A stretch of 60,017 nucleotides of DNA from Octopus bimaculoides (Eukaryota): NCBI RefSeq assembly GCF_001194135.2, contig NC_068981.1, positions 110,289,879-110,349,895 of the forward strand, read 5' to 3'. Positions 26,593 to 39,315 of the stretch are shown piece after piece (within the stretch, counting starts at the first letter, position 1; each line of letters begins with the position of its first letter). Position numbers and translations under genes: made by a program. The notes under the pieces were generated by a model that saw only the letters and a list, made by a program, of their open reading frames with translations, had not been told where the DNA came from and did no database searches.

Positions 26593-26634
26593 GGTTATCT
26601 GATGATCAGTAACGTGAAACTCTGAGTAATAGTT
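26593..26634 (+). ncRNA. Minimal type I hammerhead ribozyme motif, family C (weak helix II)
   Basis: GGUUAU-CUGAUGA-UCAGUAACGU-GAAAC-UCUGA-GUA-AUAGUU. Core intact, helix I 6 bp with 3 G-U pairs, helix III ACUC-U-GAGU, helix II degenerate. Confidence 0.5.
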
Positions 26635-26719
26635 GGTAATTTGTTAAGTCATTTTAGCTTCAATAAAATGCATACACACACACATATATATATATTAATC
26701 TTTGTTTTTTTTATCTTTG

Positions 26720-27080
26720 ATTTGTTTCACTCATTGGACTGCAGCCATACTTGAGCACAGCCTTGAAGGATTTAGTCAAAGAAATTATCTCCAGTACTTA
26801 TTTTTTAAAAATCTGGTACTTATTCTATCAGACTCTTTCACCAAACCACTAAATTTTGGGGACATAAACAAACCATAAATTGTCGAGCATAATTGGTGGG
26901 TATGGGGGTGGGGCAAACACCAACATAGACAGATTTCCACACACTTTCCATCTACCAAATTCACTTGCAAAGGCATTGATTGACCTAGGGCTATAGTAGA
27001 AGACACTTGCTGAAGGTGCGTGCCATGCAGTGGGACTGAACCTGATATCATACAGTTGCAAAGTGAGCTTCTTTATTACA
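26720..27080 (-). mobile_element. tRNA-headed SINE copy
   Basis: On +: CATTGGACTGCAGCCATACTTGAGCAC...CAAATTCACTTGCAAAGGCATTGATTGACCTAGGGCTATAGTAGAAGACACTTGC...GCAGTGGGACTGAACC, the same family as 55838-56210. Confidence 0.6.
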
Positions 27081-27282
27081 CAGTTGTACCTAATACATAT
27101 TTCTATACATATGACATATGTATGCATGTGTGTGTGTGTGTGTGTGTGTGTTCGTATATACATACGCTTGTGTACATATATTTATATGTGTGTGTGTGTA
27201 ATATCACATTCCAGTAAGGCTCTCTTGAAGCTCCTTCTTCATGTGTAGGTTCTGGTTCCATAGAGAAGAATCCCCTCCACAC

Positions 27283-27377
27283 CAGTGGTTCTCAACCTTT
27301 TCACAGTGGTTCCAGCAATGGTTTCCAACCCTTTTATTTAAATGAGTTTTCCCATGGACCCCTTTTAATATGCTTAT

Positions 27378-27424
<47 letters not shown>

Positions 27425-27450
27425 TTTAGTTCATGGACCCCACCCCCACC
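27283..27450 (+). mobile_element. hAT-type MITE left end, truncated
   Basis: Starts CAGTGGTTCTCAACCTTTT, followed by CATGGACCCC motifs. No right TIR seen. Confidence 0.45.
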
Positions 27451-27897
27451 CCGTACTACCTTTCCAGTTTTTCTGTGACAAAACATGTCTAGCTGTGAAG
27501 AGATTTCTTGTTTGGAAACGGGGAGGGCATCCAGCCATAGAAAATCTGCCACAACAAATTCCTTCTGACACTTGAAAATAGAAAAGTACACATTAAATGA
27601 TGATGATATATATGTGTGTGTGTGTGTGTGTGTGCAGAGTGCTGAAAATTGTGTTTATTTTTGGCTCTACTTTGGTTGACTTTATTTATTTCTATATCTT
27701 CTCAAGTTTGCTTTTATGCATTACCTTAATATTATCAATGCTAACTTCAGTGAATGTAAAATTTTTTAATTAATTTCAGTGTTGAATGATGAGATAAATA
27801 CATTTTATGCAGAATGAAAATATAAAAGTATTATGTGACAGTTTTTGAATTATGTTTCAAGCGAAAGTATTTAGTCCTTTTTTTATATATCTTTCAG

Positions 27898-28068
27898 GAC
27901 CAACTGACCCCTGCAGATGATGACTTCCTTGTTATTTACAACCGGGTTCCCAAAACTGGGAGTACATCTCTTGCAGGAATTGCTTATGATTTGTGCTCAC
28001 CTAACAAGTTCAATGTATTACATCTTAATATATCAAGGAACTCTCACACATTATCCCTCTCTGATCAA
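27898..28068 (+). CDS. HS2ST1: Heparan sulfate 2-O-sulfotransferase, internal exon (phase 0/0) with the 5'-PAPS-binding motif
   Basis: Acceptor ttttatatatctttcag, donor GTACGT. Encodes DQLTPADDDFLVIYNRVPKTGSTSLAGIAYDLCSPNKFNVLHLNISRNSHTLSLSDQ, matching the HS2ST motif IYNRVPKTASTS...AYDLC...LSLxDQ. Confidence 0.93.
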
Positions 28069-29771
28069 GTACGTAGCGTCTTCTTTTTTATCTTACTAAT
28101 TTAATTTCCTCATTAGTTAATTAATTTTTGTTGTTCTTTATTCATTAGAAGTTTTGTTATGTTTGGTTTTATCCCTAGTCTAAATTCTGCTATGTAATAT
28201 TTGTTTCTGTCTGTTGAAATTCAGTATATTTGTCACATATGTTCAAGTTATTTTTTATTATGCTTCTACTCAACAAGTTGTCTTTGGGATTGTGACAGTT
28301 ATAAACACCCACATTTTTCTTCATCACCTTCAGTCTTTCTTCTTACTTTGTGATCATCATAGAACTAGAATTTAAGAGAATTGATTTCCTATATCAAATT
28401 AATTTTCTCTGAATGATTCACATTTTGATGACCCCAAGGTTTGCCCTTGATATCAGCCATGCCTATAGTCATGATATAAGAAAATCCTTGTCAAGTTACT
28501 TACTCTCTCTTTGTCTCTCTTCTCCTTTGCTGGAAGCTTTCTCTCAGACTATTCCATTGCATCACATCCTGATAGAGCTCTCTACAATCTATCAACTCTT
28601 GATGTATTCAAAAGTTAGGTTGTGTCACCTGCCAGAATTACTTGCTGTTCCTATTCACTACAGTTTTTTCTTATTCTTCTGCTCTTAGACATTTGGTTGC
28701 AGTAAGCCAAAAAGTGGGGAACTCTGTGTGGTTGCTCACCCTACTAGAAATAGTAACCTAACCTCCTAGGATAATATAGTCATGGATACATTATACCTTA
28801 AACAATGACTAGATTTTCATAGCTTGGACCAGGTGATACACAATAACATGCAATCTAGATGCTTCATGCCACCTACATTACTTCTATGTATAGAAATCTC
28901 AAAAATGTGCTCCTGTAAGATATAGTCATTATACACCAAGAAAGCAGTTTCTCTTCATGTGAATAATGTACAACAAAAACACACAAAAAAAATTATATAT
29001 ATAATACTACTAGAACTCTATCCCAAAAACTGGACTTCTGCTTCAGAGCCAGAAAATATTTCAAATCTGGCCAATTGCTCACTCTCCACAAAATATGATG
29101 TGCTTATGATTATTGCTCGCATATATAAGGCATTATACCCCCCACCACACACACAAAAAAAAATAATTGTCAAAGTTGCTTAAAAACATGCTACAACTCG
29201 CAAATGTGCATTTTCTTCTACGAATACCTTATACTCTTAACCGGAGAACTTTACACACTTCTACATTGTTCCACCTAACATATTTAGCTCATCTCCTTGT
29301 ATCATCCCAACAGTGTCTAACCTCCCAGCCCCTCCACACAATCATTCCATCCTTGTGTCTCCAGTTTGCCACTCTGGGTTGTATAATTCTAAAGAGATAA
29401 AAAGTAGATGACTATTGCCTAATTTTTAAATATCAAAAAGTTTCTAAAAAAAAAAAAAAATTATGTCTAAGCTGAAACACTTAAATTTAAGCAAATCTAA
29501 ATGTAGATAAATATTGATTGCATCTGTTACTAGTACATGTCACAACAAAGAGCAAACGCCTGGAAATCTTCTGATGTAAACTTAACTTGAAATGCTTCTG
29601 GCATTTTTTTAGTGAAACATTGTTCTTTAGAATATTTTATTTCTCCATGTTTTGATGTTACTTAGTATGAAGTAAAATACTTAGTATTGATGTTACTTAG
29701 AATGAAGTAAAATATTTCACACCTTTATTTAATAATGAAGAAAAGATCAATTGGAATAATAACAAAAGAAA

Positions 29772-29951
29772 AATTCAGTTCTATATTTGAGAGATGAGGA
29801 ATTATGTGCATTATTTACATTATTTACATTTGACGGATATTTGTCCTCATCTTTGTTGTTAACACAACATTTCGGCTGATGTACACTCCAGCCTTCATCA
29901 GGTGTCTTGGGGAAATTTCGAACCTGGGTTCTCATTCCCAAGGTATTTTTC
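29772..29951 (-). mobile_element. Short dispersed repeat carrying a hammerhead (family D), Penelope pLTR-like
   Basis: About 150 bp similar to 31736-31885 in the opposite orientation. Confidence 0.7.
29861..29906 (-). ncRNA. Minimal type I hammerhead ribozyme motif, family D, copy 1
   Basis: Minus strand reads GACAC-CUGAUGA-A-GGCUG-gaguguacau-CAGCC-GAAAU-GUU-GUGUU. 5-bp helices I and II, loopless helix III, extra A after A9, and C15.2 to U (CpG-type change). Confidence 0.75.
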
Positions 29952-29980
29952 TGATGTTGTTGTTGTTGTTGTTATTGTTG

Positions 29981-30023
<43 letters not shown>

Positions 30024-30518
30024 AGTCACTGCTTGGAATCAAACTCAGAATCTTGGGATTAGTAGCCCACACTCTTAACAACTACGCCATATGCCCACGG
30101 GCAATTATGGAGTGAATTTTAGGACTTATAAATCTAATATTTTCCTTTCCTTCCTTAATACCAGTTCCCATATGCTACTCATATCTGCACTCAGTTTGCT
30201 TAGGAGGTTATTATGTCCTAGCATATATGCTGCCTCTTTTATTTTTCATATTTTCCAGTGGTGTTCTCTGTCTATTATTTTAACTTCATCCCACAGGGGC
30301 AGGTGGTCTCTGTTTTTCCATACATGATCAACCGTACCTGATTTATCAATATCTCCTTGTGTCACAGCTTTGCTGCCCCATCAAAATAAGGGTAGAGGAA
30401 CTGTGACATGAGGAGATATTGATAAATTGGGTATACTGATCATGTATGGGAAAACAGAGACTACCTCCCCCTGTGGGATGAAGTTAAAATAATAGACAGA
30501 GAACACCACTGGAAAATA

Positions 30519-31735
30519 ATCATCATCATTGTTTAACATTTGCTTTCCATGCTAGCATGGGTTGGACAATTTCACTGAGGAGTGGTGAATTGGATGGCTG
30601 CACCAGGCTTCAATCTGATCTGGCAGTTTCTACAGCTGGATGCCCTTCCTAACGCCAACCACTCCAAGAGTGTAGTGGGTGCTTTTACATGCCACCGGCA
30701 CGAGGGCCAGTCAGGCGGTACTGGCAACGGCCACACGCAAAATGGTTTTTTTACATGCCACCTGCACAGGAACTAGTCTAGCAGCACTGGCAATGACCTT
30801 GCTCAAATGTTTTCTAACGTGCCACCGGCACAAGTGCCAGTAAGGCGACAATGGTAACGATCACGCTCAAATGGTGCTATTTATGTGCCACTGGCATGGA
30901 AGCCAGACAGCTGCTCTGGCAATGATCACACTCAGATGGTGCTGTTAGTGCTCCGCTGGCACAGGTGCCAGTCATCGAATATGATATAATTTCCATTTCA
31001 CTTGCCCCAACAGGTTTTCGCAAGCAGAGTTTAGTATCCAATGAAGGAAAGGTTGACATGGGTGCCAATCGTTGAATTTGGTTCGATTTCGATTTCACTT
31101 GCCTCAACAGGTTTTCGCAAGCAGAGTTTAGTGTCCACTGAAGTAAAGATATGAATAAGTAAGCTGGCTACACTTCTGGTAGAGGCCATGGATTATGGTC
31201 TCACTTGGCTTGTTGGGTCTTTTCACACACTGCATATTTCCAAAGGTCCCGGTCACTAGTCATTGCCTCAGTGAGGCCTAATCTTCGAAGGTCGTGCTTC
31301 ACCACCTCATCCCAGGTCTCCCTCGGTCTACTTCTTCCACAGGTTCCCTCAACTGCTAGAGTGTGGCACTTTTTCACACAGCTATCCTCATCCATTCTTG
31401 CCACATGACCATACCAGCACAATCGTCTCTCTTGCACACCACAACTGATGCTTCTTAGGTCCAACTTTTCTCTGTCGAGTATGCACACTGTCGTTACACA
31501 TCCATTGGAGCATACTGGCTTCGTTTCTTGTGAGCTTACGCATGTCCTCAACAGTCATGGCCCATGTTTCACTGCCATGTAGCATGGCAGTTCGTACACA
31601 TGTCATACAGTCTGCCTTTTACTCTGAGTGAGAGGCCCTTTGTCACCAGCAGAGGTAAGAGCTCTCTAAACTTTGCCCAGGCTATTCTAGCAGCTACACT
31701 TTCAGTGCACCCTCCCCCGCTACTTGGTCACCTAG
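30519..31735 (-). mobile_element. 5'-truncated RTE LINE: ORF2 C-terminus, 3'UTR and (GAT)n tail
   Basis: ORFs 31201-31551(-) and 31388-31606(-): TAMLHGSETWAM, WYGHVARMDEDSCVKKC, GRSRPRETWDEVV. Closely parallels 10370-11640. Confidence 0.9.
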
Positions 31736-31780
31736 GAAAAATACCTTAGGAATGAGAATCCAGGTTTGAAATTCCCCCAG

Positions 31781-31825
31781 GACACCTGATGAAGGCTGGA
31801 GAGTACATCAGCTGAACGTTGTGTT
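31781..31825 (+). ncRNA. Hammerhead ribozyme motif, family D, copy 2 (GAAA core damaged)
   Basis: GACAC-CUGAUGA-A-GGCUG-gagaguacau-CAGCU-GAAC-GUU-GUGUU. One core A is missing. The consensus with 29861-29906 restores an intact motif. Confidence 0.65.
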
Positions 31826-34800
31826 AACAACAAACAAGATGAGGGCAAATATCTGTCAAATGAAAAGAAAAATTCTTATTTCTCAAGAATGCTTATCATA
31901 CATTAGACCTTACTATAGTTTATCTATTTAATGTTTAGCTATTAAGCTCTTGTTTAAAATACAAACAGCAATTCTCAGCAGTATTTGTTCAAAGGCCCTG
32001 TTTTGATTTTATAAACTCATCTGTGCTCCCCCTTAGCACTAAATTACATATATGTGATATATGTGTAATACTTTCAACATTTTTCATTTTCCCGTTAATT
32101 TTTTATAATGCCCTTAAGGGGGAATTATAGCCCCCCTTTTTTTAGATGCTGCTCTAAGTTCACCATCTGTTGATACATTTTGAGAGGCTTATTGAGTAGC
32201 AAATAGATTATTCTGTAAAACCAATCAAAATTTTATTCAATACTGAGAATGGTAACTTTAATTGGATTCACTGTACTGAAATCTAATTTTAAATTACTGC
32301 ATATCCAAAGCATTGAAAGTTACTAAACACAAATTAATTTCTGAATTTCATTAGTTATATACAGTTATATTTCATTAGTTATATACAGTTTTCTTTTTCT
32401 TCTTATTATTATTTGGTACTGGTATTTTAGGAATCATTTTCTTCTTAAAACTTTGGTAATTTAAAAAATTTGAAATTCTGTGTATCATTGGAACAATATT
32501 TTTTCTGTACCTCATTGATCAAATCTAACAGTTTATGAAAATAATTTGAAGTTCGTGAATTTATGATTTACAGATCTGACTTTATTTCAAGCTTCTCTTT
32601 CTTAGAAAGTAAATAAATTGGGCTCTAGTTTCAAAATGTATCCATCAACGTGAATTAAGAAAAAATTTTAGCTTAGATAACCAAGGCTGATTATTTGTCG
32701 GTTATGATTATTTATTTGTTTGTTTGTTTTTTTATTTTACAGTCTTTGTCTTAATCTAAACATTACATAATTAAAGTTCTGTTCTTCATGTCAAATATAT
32801 TAAAAAAAAAAGGAATGTTTGCAGTTAATTAAAAATCAAATAAATAGTTTGAGTTCTTCCTAACTTACAGAAAATCTAACGTGATGTGTTTGAGTTGATG
32901 ATTAGTGTAAAGAAGCTTATCATGTTCGAAATCCTTTTGGTATAGATGTTTTCCCTCTTCAGTTCATAAAAACATCTCATATTTGAAAGTTATTTTGTTC
33001 TTGTTCATTCTGCTGGTCTCGTTATATATAACAGATACAGTTTTAAAATCCTTTATCTTCCAATGACACCAATAAACCCTTTTCAGAGCCTCTCTAACTG
33101 GTGGGAGGAAGTCATCTTCAGACTAGTGACCTGGCTTGAATGCTTGCAACAGAATGGACTCTGCTAATGGCACCAAAGGGTTAAATAGGGTAATGGAATT
33201 AAGTTTACCACCAAAGAAAGTGTGCCCTTTCTTTGTGAAGGTAGAAAACTGACAAATTTGTTTGTGTTACTTTGTTTTTCTCAATCATTTCTCATCAAGT
33301 ACACAAATTTAACAAAGAAAAAGTATATTATAGTAAACTTGCTGCCATTGTAAATATTCTGAAACTGGACTTCAGACCATTTCCATTGCTTCACTTTTCA
33401 TACTATCAGTTATTTGCAATGTAATATCTCTTTTTAGTACTGTACTTAGAACTCAAAGTTGTTGAAAATAGTTCTGCCATAATCATTTGATTCAAAGTAA
33501 AAGCTTGTTTTTCAACTCTTTCAGAGTTTTTAGTTACAAATTCATTCAACAGTCTTGTGCCTTTTAGAAAAGTAGGAAATGTTCTCCACCTCCCATTCTA
33601 CTTTGTGTTATTTGCCAATATTTTCATATTATTCCATCTCTCTTTTACATTTACCATATTTTTACTATATTTCACTGTTTTTCTTTAAATACATTTTATG
33701 TATTTCATTCTCTTAAATCTCTTCCTTCATTCTCTCCATTTCATTGTAAACTGATACTAGCCTCTCTCCCTTCTTCAAAGTCTTTTGATATAGACTAATT
33801 GGCTTGGTGATAAAAACAGATGCTTTATTTTATTTATACTACTCTACATCTGTTGCATCTTTCAACATAACCTTGTGCATGCCCCTCATATCCTCCTCTT
33901 CCTCAACATCGTTTTTGGTAGGAGGGATAAATGATATTATTCTGTATCTGTTCACTACCATGTACTTTGAAAACAAGGGGAAATGGGTAGTTAGGGATGT
34001 CCTGATGAGTTTTGTTACCAGTCAGGTTTCCCTTCTGTATTCTGCCAGCTCTGTATTTTAAATCAATAAACTTTGGAACTTCATAAGGAAGGGCTGACTC
34101 TCTGTAAAATTTCAATATTCCCTTCTTATCATATTTACTTAGTTCTGCGAGATCAAAAATAGATGGGATGGTATGATATTGTATTTATAAAACTAATTCA
34201 TATTTCTGATATCAGTGTTTTGTTTTTATTTTGTATTTCTTTATAATAAATATTTATTTTATATTTGGTGTTATTGAAGCACTGTCAAGTTTAGTCAGGG
34301 ATTATTAGAATGGATTTAGATAAACAATGAAGTGCTAGAGTCTGGTTTTCATAGGAAAGCTTAGCACAAAAATTATTTTCACCTTTTATAAAAGTAGTAA
34401 TATCTGTTACAAAACCATAAGTGGAAAACGATGTTAATTCATACATTTCCAGATTTTAGCTATAATTTATATAAGATCCATTAAATATATTTTGTGTTTT
34501 TATTGTTTCTCATATTTTATTGTTTCTCATACTATTTGCATATGCCTCATATATTTTTAAATAATGTGTGCATGTGTTGTTTATTGCAATCCACAACTTT
34601 CAACATCTTCTGCATTACAATTAAAGAAGATACTGATTGCCTCACAAACATTTTTGACTGGTCAGTTTTCCAAACCTGAACGTAATGTATGAGCTGAAGT
34701 TTTTTCAATGTTTGATTGTCGCATTCAAAATTTTTCCATTTTCCATTTAGGGAGAAATTTTTTCCTGTATCTGTAAATAACATTTAAATATCAATGTGTC

Positions 34801-35153
34801 GCTGTTAAAGTATTGGGTACTTTGAAAAGTATTAAGTTCTGCAAACATCATATTGATTTATTACCATGGAAAATAAGATTTAAAAAGTTTTGTAAAGTAC
34901 TTTTATTTAGATAATTATTGAAATTTGAAATTTAAAATGTTAACAAATAAAAGTTGGAAAGTCTGAGATATTTTTGGTTGAATCTATAAATATTCATAGT
35001 ATTTAACATCAGTCAAAACAGTGGGAACAGTACCTATGATCTTTGCAGGTTCTCAAGGTCTGGTGAAATTGATGTGATTGATGTTCAGCTTGAACATGTC
35101 CATAGCTGAGGAAAAATTAGGGAAAGTGTTTATCTTCAGAACTCTTGTTTTAA

Positions 35154-35369
35154 CCTTTTAGCATTTAAACTGACCATGTCCAGCCCAAATATTCTACCAT
35201 GTTTATGCTCAAACTGGCCAGATCTAGCCTCTCACACCTACACTTCCAAGTCATTTTGAAAATAGTCACATCATCAAAATCTCAAAGCAACTTGTTAAAA
35301 CATGATAAATTCAAAACAATGTGAATAAGTAGTCATTACATTTGGTAGAAGAATCTGAATGTTAAAGAG
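35154..35369. mobile_element. piggyBac-like MITE
   Basis: Flanked by TTAA at 35150-35153 and 35370-35373. Imperfect TIRs CCTTTTAGCATTTAAACT and (reverse complement) CTCTTTAACATTCAGATT. Confidence 0.55.
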
Positions 35370-35534
35370 TTAATGTCACTTCTAATATTTTCTCAGTATC
35401 TTGTATTGAAATATTTTCAAACATATATTTACGCATCCCATTTTATTTGTCCATGCCATATGCTGAAAGTCCCTAAAAGCAATTTATCACATATGTATTT
35501 TATTAACTTTATCTTCTTTCTCTTCTTCTTGTAG

Positions 35535-35620
35535 ATGAGATTTGTATATAATATAACAACCTGGAATGAGAAAAAGCCTGCTCTTTACCATGGACATTTG
35601 GCTTATGTAGACTTTGCCAA
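35535..35620 (+). CDS. HS2ST1: Heparan sulfate 2-O-sulfotransferase, next internal exon (phase 0/2)
   Basis: Acceptor tctcttcttcttgtag, donor GTAAGT. Encodes MRFVYNITTWNEKKPALYHGHLAYVDFA(K), continuing in frame from 28068 and matching HS2ST VRFVxNITxWxExKPxxYHGHxxYxDFAK. Confidence 0.93.
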
Positions 35621-36704
35621 GTAAGTGTCAAATCATTTTAATTGTAATATATTCTTAAATGTTCTATTTCTTTTCCTTTGTTTTCAGTTTATCCTTTTTT
35701 CGAAATAGTTTTGCACTTCTCCCTTTCTTTATCTCACTCCCCCCTCACCTTCCTCTCTCTACTGTATTATTTGCTTTTTTTTTTCCTCTTTAGACACATA
35801 CATGAACGTGTATATCTCCACAACTTGAAGATGTACAAAAGAGGTACTCATAGATCAAGCAAATACATGTTCTTAAGAGCACAAAAGAATTTATTATAGT
35901 CTAAACAATGCACAGCATCTGATATTTGACTGGCAGCTTGGCTGTTGCTGTAGAAACAATTGTAAACATTCTTTCAATCTATTTTTTTCCTACCAAGATG
36001 ATGACCATTACTTTTTGTTGCTTCTGTTCATCAACTGTTATTTAACCTTTTTAGTCTGGAAGAAATCCAGTCTCTCTTATTCAGAAGTAGATATAACCAG
36101 ATTTCTACAAACAGAATGATTATGGATTTGCAATAGAAGGTTGTCATTGAAAATAGGATACCCTGGAATTGCTGGAATAGAATGTTGACTCTAATGACTA
36201 ACAAGATTATTAAGCTAAATTGTTATAAGTGAAGCAGGATGTTACAAAGGTTTCTGTTTTAATAACACTCTGCTTAGGGCATTGTCTATTTGAAATGTAT
36301 TAAAAAAAATTATGCAACTGTTTGCTCTCAGTTATAATTTTAATTTTTATGTAGATAGGCCTTTCTTTCAAAAATTTTTCAAATTGTGCTTCAAAGACTC
36401 TCAGGTGAAACGTGCTTCAATTGTGTCAGCTTCAGATGTTTAGAAATAGATTTGTTGTTACTGACCCAAAATATATAAAGTACAATTGTGCAATATAGTG
36501 ATCTCATATCAAGATAAGCAATGCATGACTTTGCAGGTGGGGCCCAGTTAGAATTTTCTTCAAGTTGAGTAGCCCATCCCACTCAAAAGGTCCCTGAATA
36601 AGGGTTATTTAAGTATGTTGAATGAAACACCCATGTTTCCAGAGGTGAATTGTTCAAACCCCCAAAGAGTTCCTCTCAACACATGGCTAATCTGCATGTT
36701 TAAT

Positions 36705-37622
36705 GTAATCATTTGCTGGGACACACCCAGCACCCTTGGGCAAGTGAAGGTTAAGAGGTGTTAAAATATAACTGAAAGCTTGATGACAATAAGTGGGAAG
36801 GCAATACAGAAATACATTCATATAATGCAACATAACATTTAAATTTATAGGGGTTTTTTAATGATGTGGACAGTACTTGCCAGCACAATGTTTTGGATTT
36901 CCTTGAGACATGGTTCACCTGGAATGTTGTCTAGATGTTTCTGACATCCCTTTTTATTTTTTTATCATACATAGGACACCTACAATAACAAGAACAGTTT
37001 TTGCTTTAAGATGTCACATCTTTTGTACTTAAATTTCCAACTCCTTATATTTAATAAGTTTGTCATACCTTTACAGATACATTTTTATCAATGGGGACAC
37101 TTACTAGTAGATTGTCAGTCTACAAGTATTTTCTTTCCTGTCTTTAATAATTATGTTTGGTCAGTTAGCCTGGATTGTTCTGTCAGTGTTGACTGGGAAA
37201 TCTCAGGTGATGATGGCATTTTTACCTTCAACTACTGGCTCAAGATGTTGTTCATATGAGTTAGCAGGAGTGTCAATTTGGTAATGTTTACATATTCACC
37301 AATGTAAATACTGTCCTACTCTATCATGATTTTTATATTCATTGGATGTTACCACAGGACAGCCCAAAACAAGATAGTCTATTTCATCAAATGTGTTGCA
37401 GAATCTGCATTTAGGCAGCACTGTTTTGAAGCACATTAATCTGGTAATTTCAGGTAAACAAGCTTTGGTCTTGTGCCACCAGTATGAAAACTTCAGTCTC
37501 TGCTTTCAATCCCGAACTCCTCAGCTACTGATGGGTTATTGCTTGGTCTATATCAACATTTTGACTTCAAAGAATATATTGTCCATGCTGAGACTTCTGG
37601 CTCCACTATTCTTCAATTTGTT
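36705..37622 (-). mobile_element. Degenerate R4/Dong-clade non-LTR retrotransposon 3' end (zinc knuckle and restriction-like endonuclease)
   Basis: Hand translation of the minus strand across frameshifts: HGQY, LRSSGLKAETEVFILVAQDQSL, KCRFC..GCP..EYKNHDRVGQYLHW, DFPVNTDRTIQAN*PNIIIKD, VSVPIDKNVS..KLIKYKELEI, HLDNIPG..EIQNIVLASTVHII. Confidence 0.8.
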
Positions 37623-37647
37623 TCTGCCTGTCTTTCTAGCAATCTGT

Positions 37648-39195
37648 TGCTAAATGTTGAGAATGCATGGAAGAAAGAGAGTTTACCTAATGTGAACCCA
37701 ACAGAGGGACCAGCTATCCGAATAGACAGTAGCTTGGTAGAGAAAGCAATTAAGGATATGCAAACAGGAAAAACCCTTGGTCCATCAGGAATCACTGCTG
37801 AGATGCTTAAAATATCTGGTGGTGGGGAGATATGGTCTAGTCATTTGTGTAGTTAACCAGATTGTCCATGAAGTAGTCATACCCAATGACTGGTGTAGCA
37901 GCATTATAGTCAACAGCTACAAAGGTTAAAAGTGACACCTTAAACAGAAATAATCACAGAGGTATCAAATTTCTGGACCAGGTGAGGAAAGTCAGAGAGG
38001 GTCATAGATCAACTGATTAGGAAGAGAGTCTAAATAAGATGCAATTTGTTTTGTATCAGGGAGAAGCACTACTGATAGTATATTCTTGGTAAGGCAGCCG
38101 CTGGAGAAGCATCTAGCCAAAAATAAACCTCTGTACTTGGCTTTTGTCGACATAGAAAAAGCTTTTGACAGGGACCCCGCTCTCTTATCTGGTGATCAGT
38201 GCAGAAGGTAGGGATAGATAAATGGTTGGTGAGAGCTGTACAAGCTATGTACTGGCATGCTGTCATTAAGGTGAAAGTCAGCAATGAGTATAGCAAGGAA
38301 TTCAGTGTTCAAGTAGGAGTTCACCAAGGATCAGTTCTTAGACCCCTCTCGTTCATCATTGTCCTCCAGGCCATAGCAGAGAAATTTAAGACTGGCTGCC
38401 CTTGGGAGCTCACTATATGGATGATCTTGTGGCTGAATCACTACCAGGACTAGAGAAAATATTTCAGGTGTGGAAGCAAGGTCTTAGAGTTAATTTAGGA
38501 AAGACCAATGTCCTAGTATGTGGAAAAACAAACAAATCACAAGTCCCTTCAGGGAGATGGCCCTACTCAATATGTAGAAATGGTGTAGGTAGAAATTTCA
38601 TTAGGTGTACCCAGTGCAAACTGTGGACACATATGAGGTGCAGCAGTATCAGAGGAAGGTTAACTGAGAAAGTAGCCTTTGTGTACGGCAGATGTGCGAG
38701 TACAATGAACTCTAGGAATGTACTGAAAATAGACTTTGTCAGATATCCAGTAGGATACTTAGAAGTAGTAGATAGCTTCCATTATCTATGTGACCAAGTT
38801 AGCAGTAGAGGAGGATGTGCTAAGAGCATGGCTGCTAGAATAAGAATGGGTTACTTTTGTTCGGAGTGAAAAGCAGATTGTATGATGCTTGTGTGCAAAC
38901 AGCCATGCTACATGCCAGTGAAATGTGGGCTGTGACTGCAGAGGATATGCAAAGGCTTGAAAGAAATGAAGCTAGCATGTTCCAATGGATGTGCAATGTC
39001 AGTGTGATTGTACCACATAGTGTGTGTGTCTTAAGAAAAATTAGTGTATAAGAGGCATCAGATGTACTGTGCAAAGAGAGAAGACTTCCCTGGTATGGTC
39101 ATGTGATGCATATGGATGAGAACAGCTGCATAAAGAAGTGTTGATCTCTAATTGTGGAGAAAAGCTGTGGAAGATGTGGGACGAGGTGGTGAAAT
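37648..39195 (+). mobile_element. Degenerate RTE LINE, RT through ORF2 C-terminus
   Basis: ORFs 37539-37856, 38199-38453, 38402-38869 and 38857-39051: GPSGITAEMLK, GVHQGSVLRPL, CTQCKLWTHMRC, RLYDACVQTAMLHASEMW. Confidence 0.9.
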
Positions 39196-39315
39196 ATAAT
39201 TTTTCATTGTTGTCTCAGAGGTGATGACCAGTGACTGAAACTTCTGGTAATTTACTGTGCTTGAGAAGATATGTCAAGCTAAGTGAAATCATTATCATAG
39301 CTAGTGCCAAAGTAG

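Noticed and set aside
33075-33185. Second piggyBac-like MITE (CCCTTT...AAAGGG TTAA)
   Set aside because: The TIR match is only 6 bp and the left TSD is imperfect, so it could be chance.
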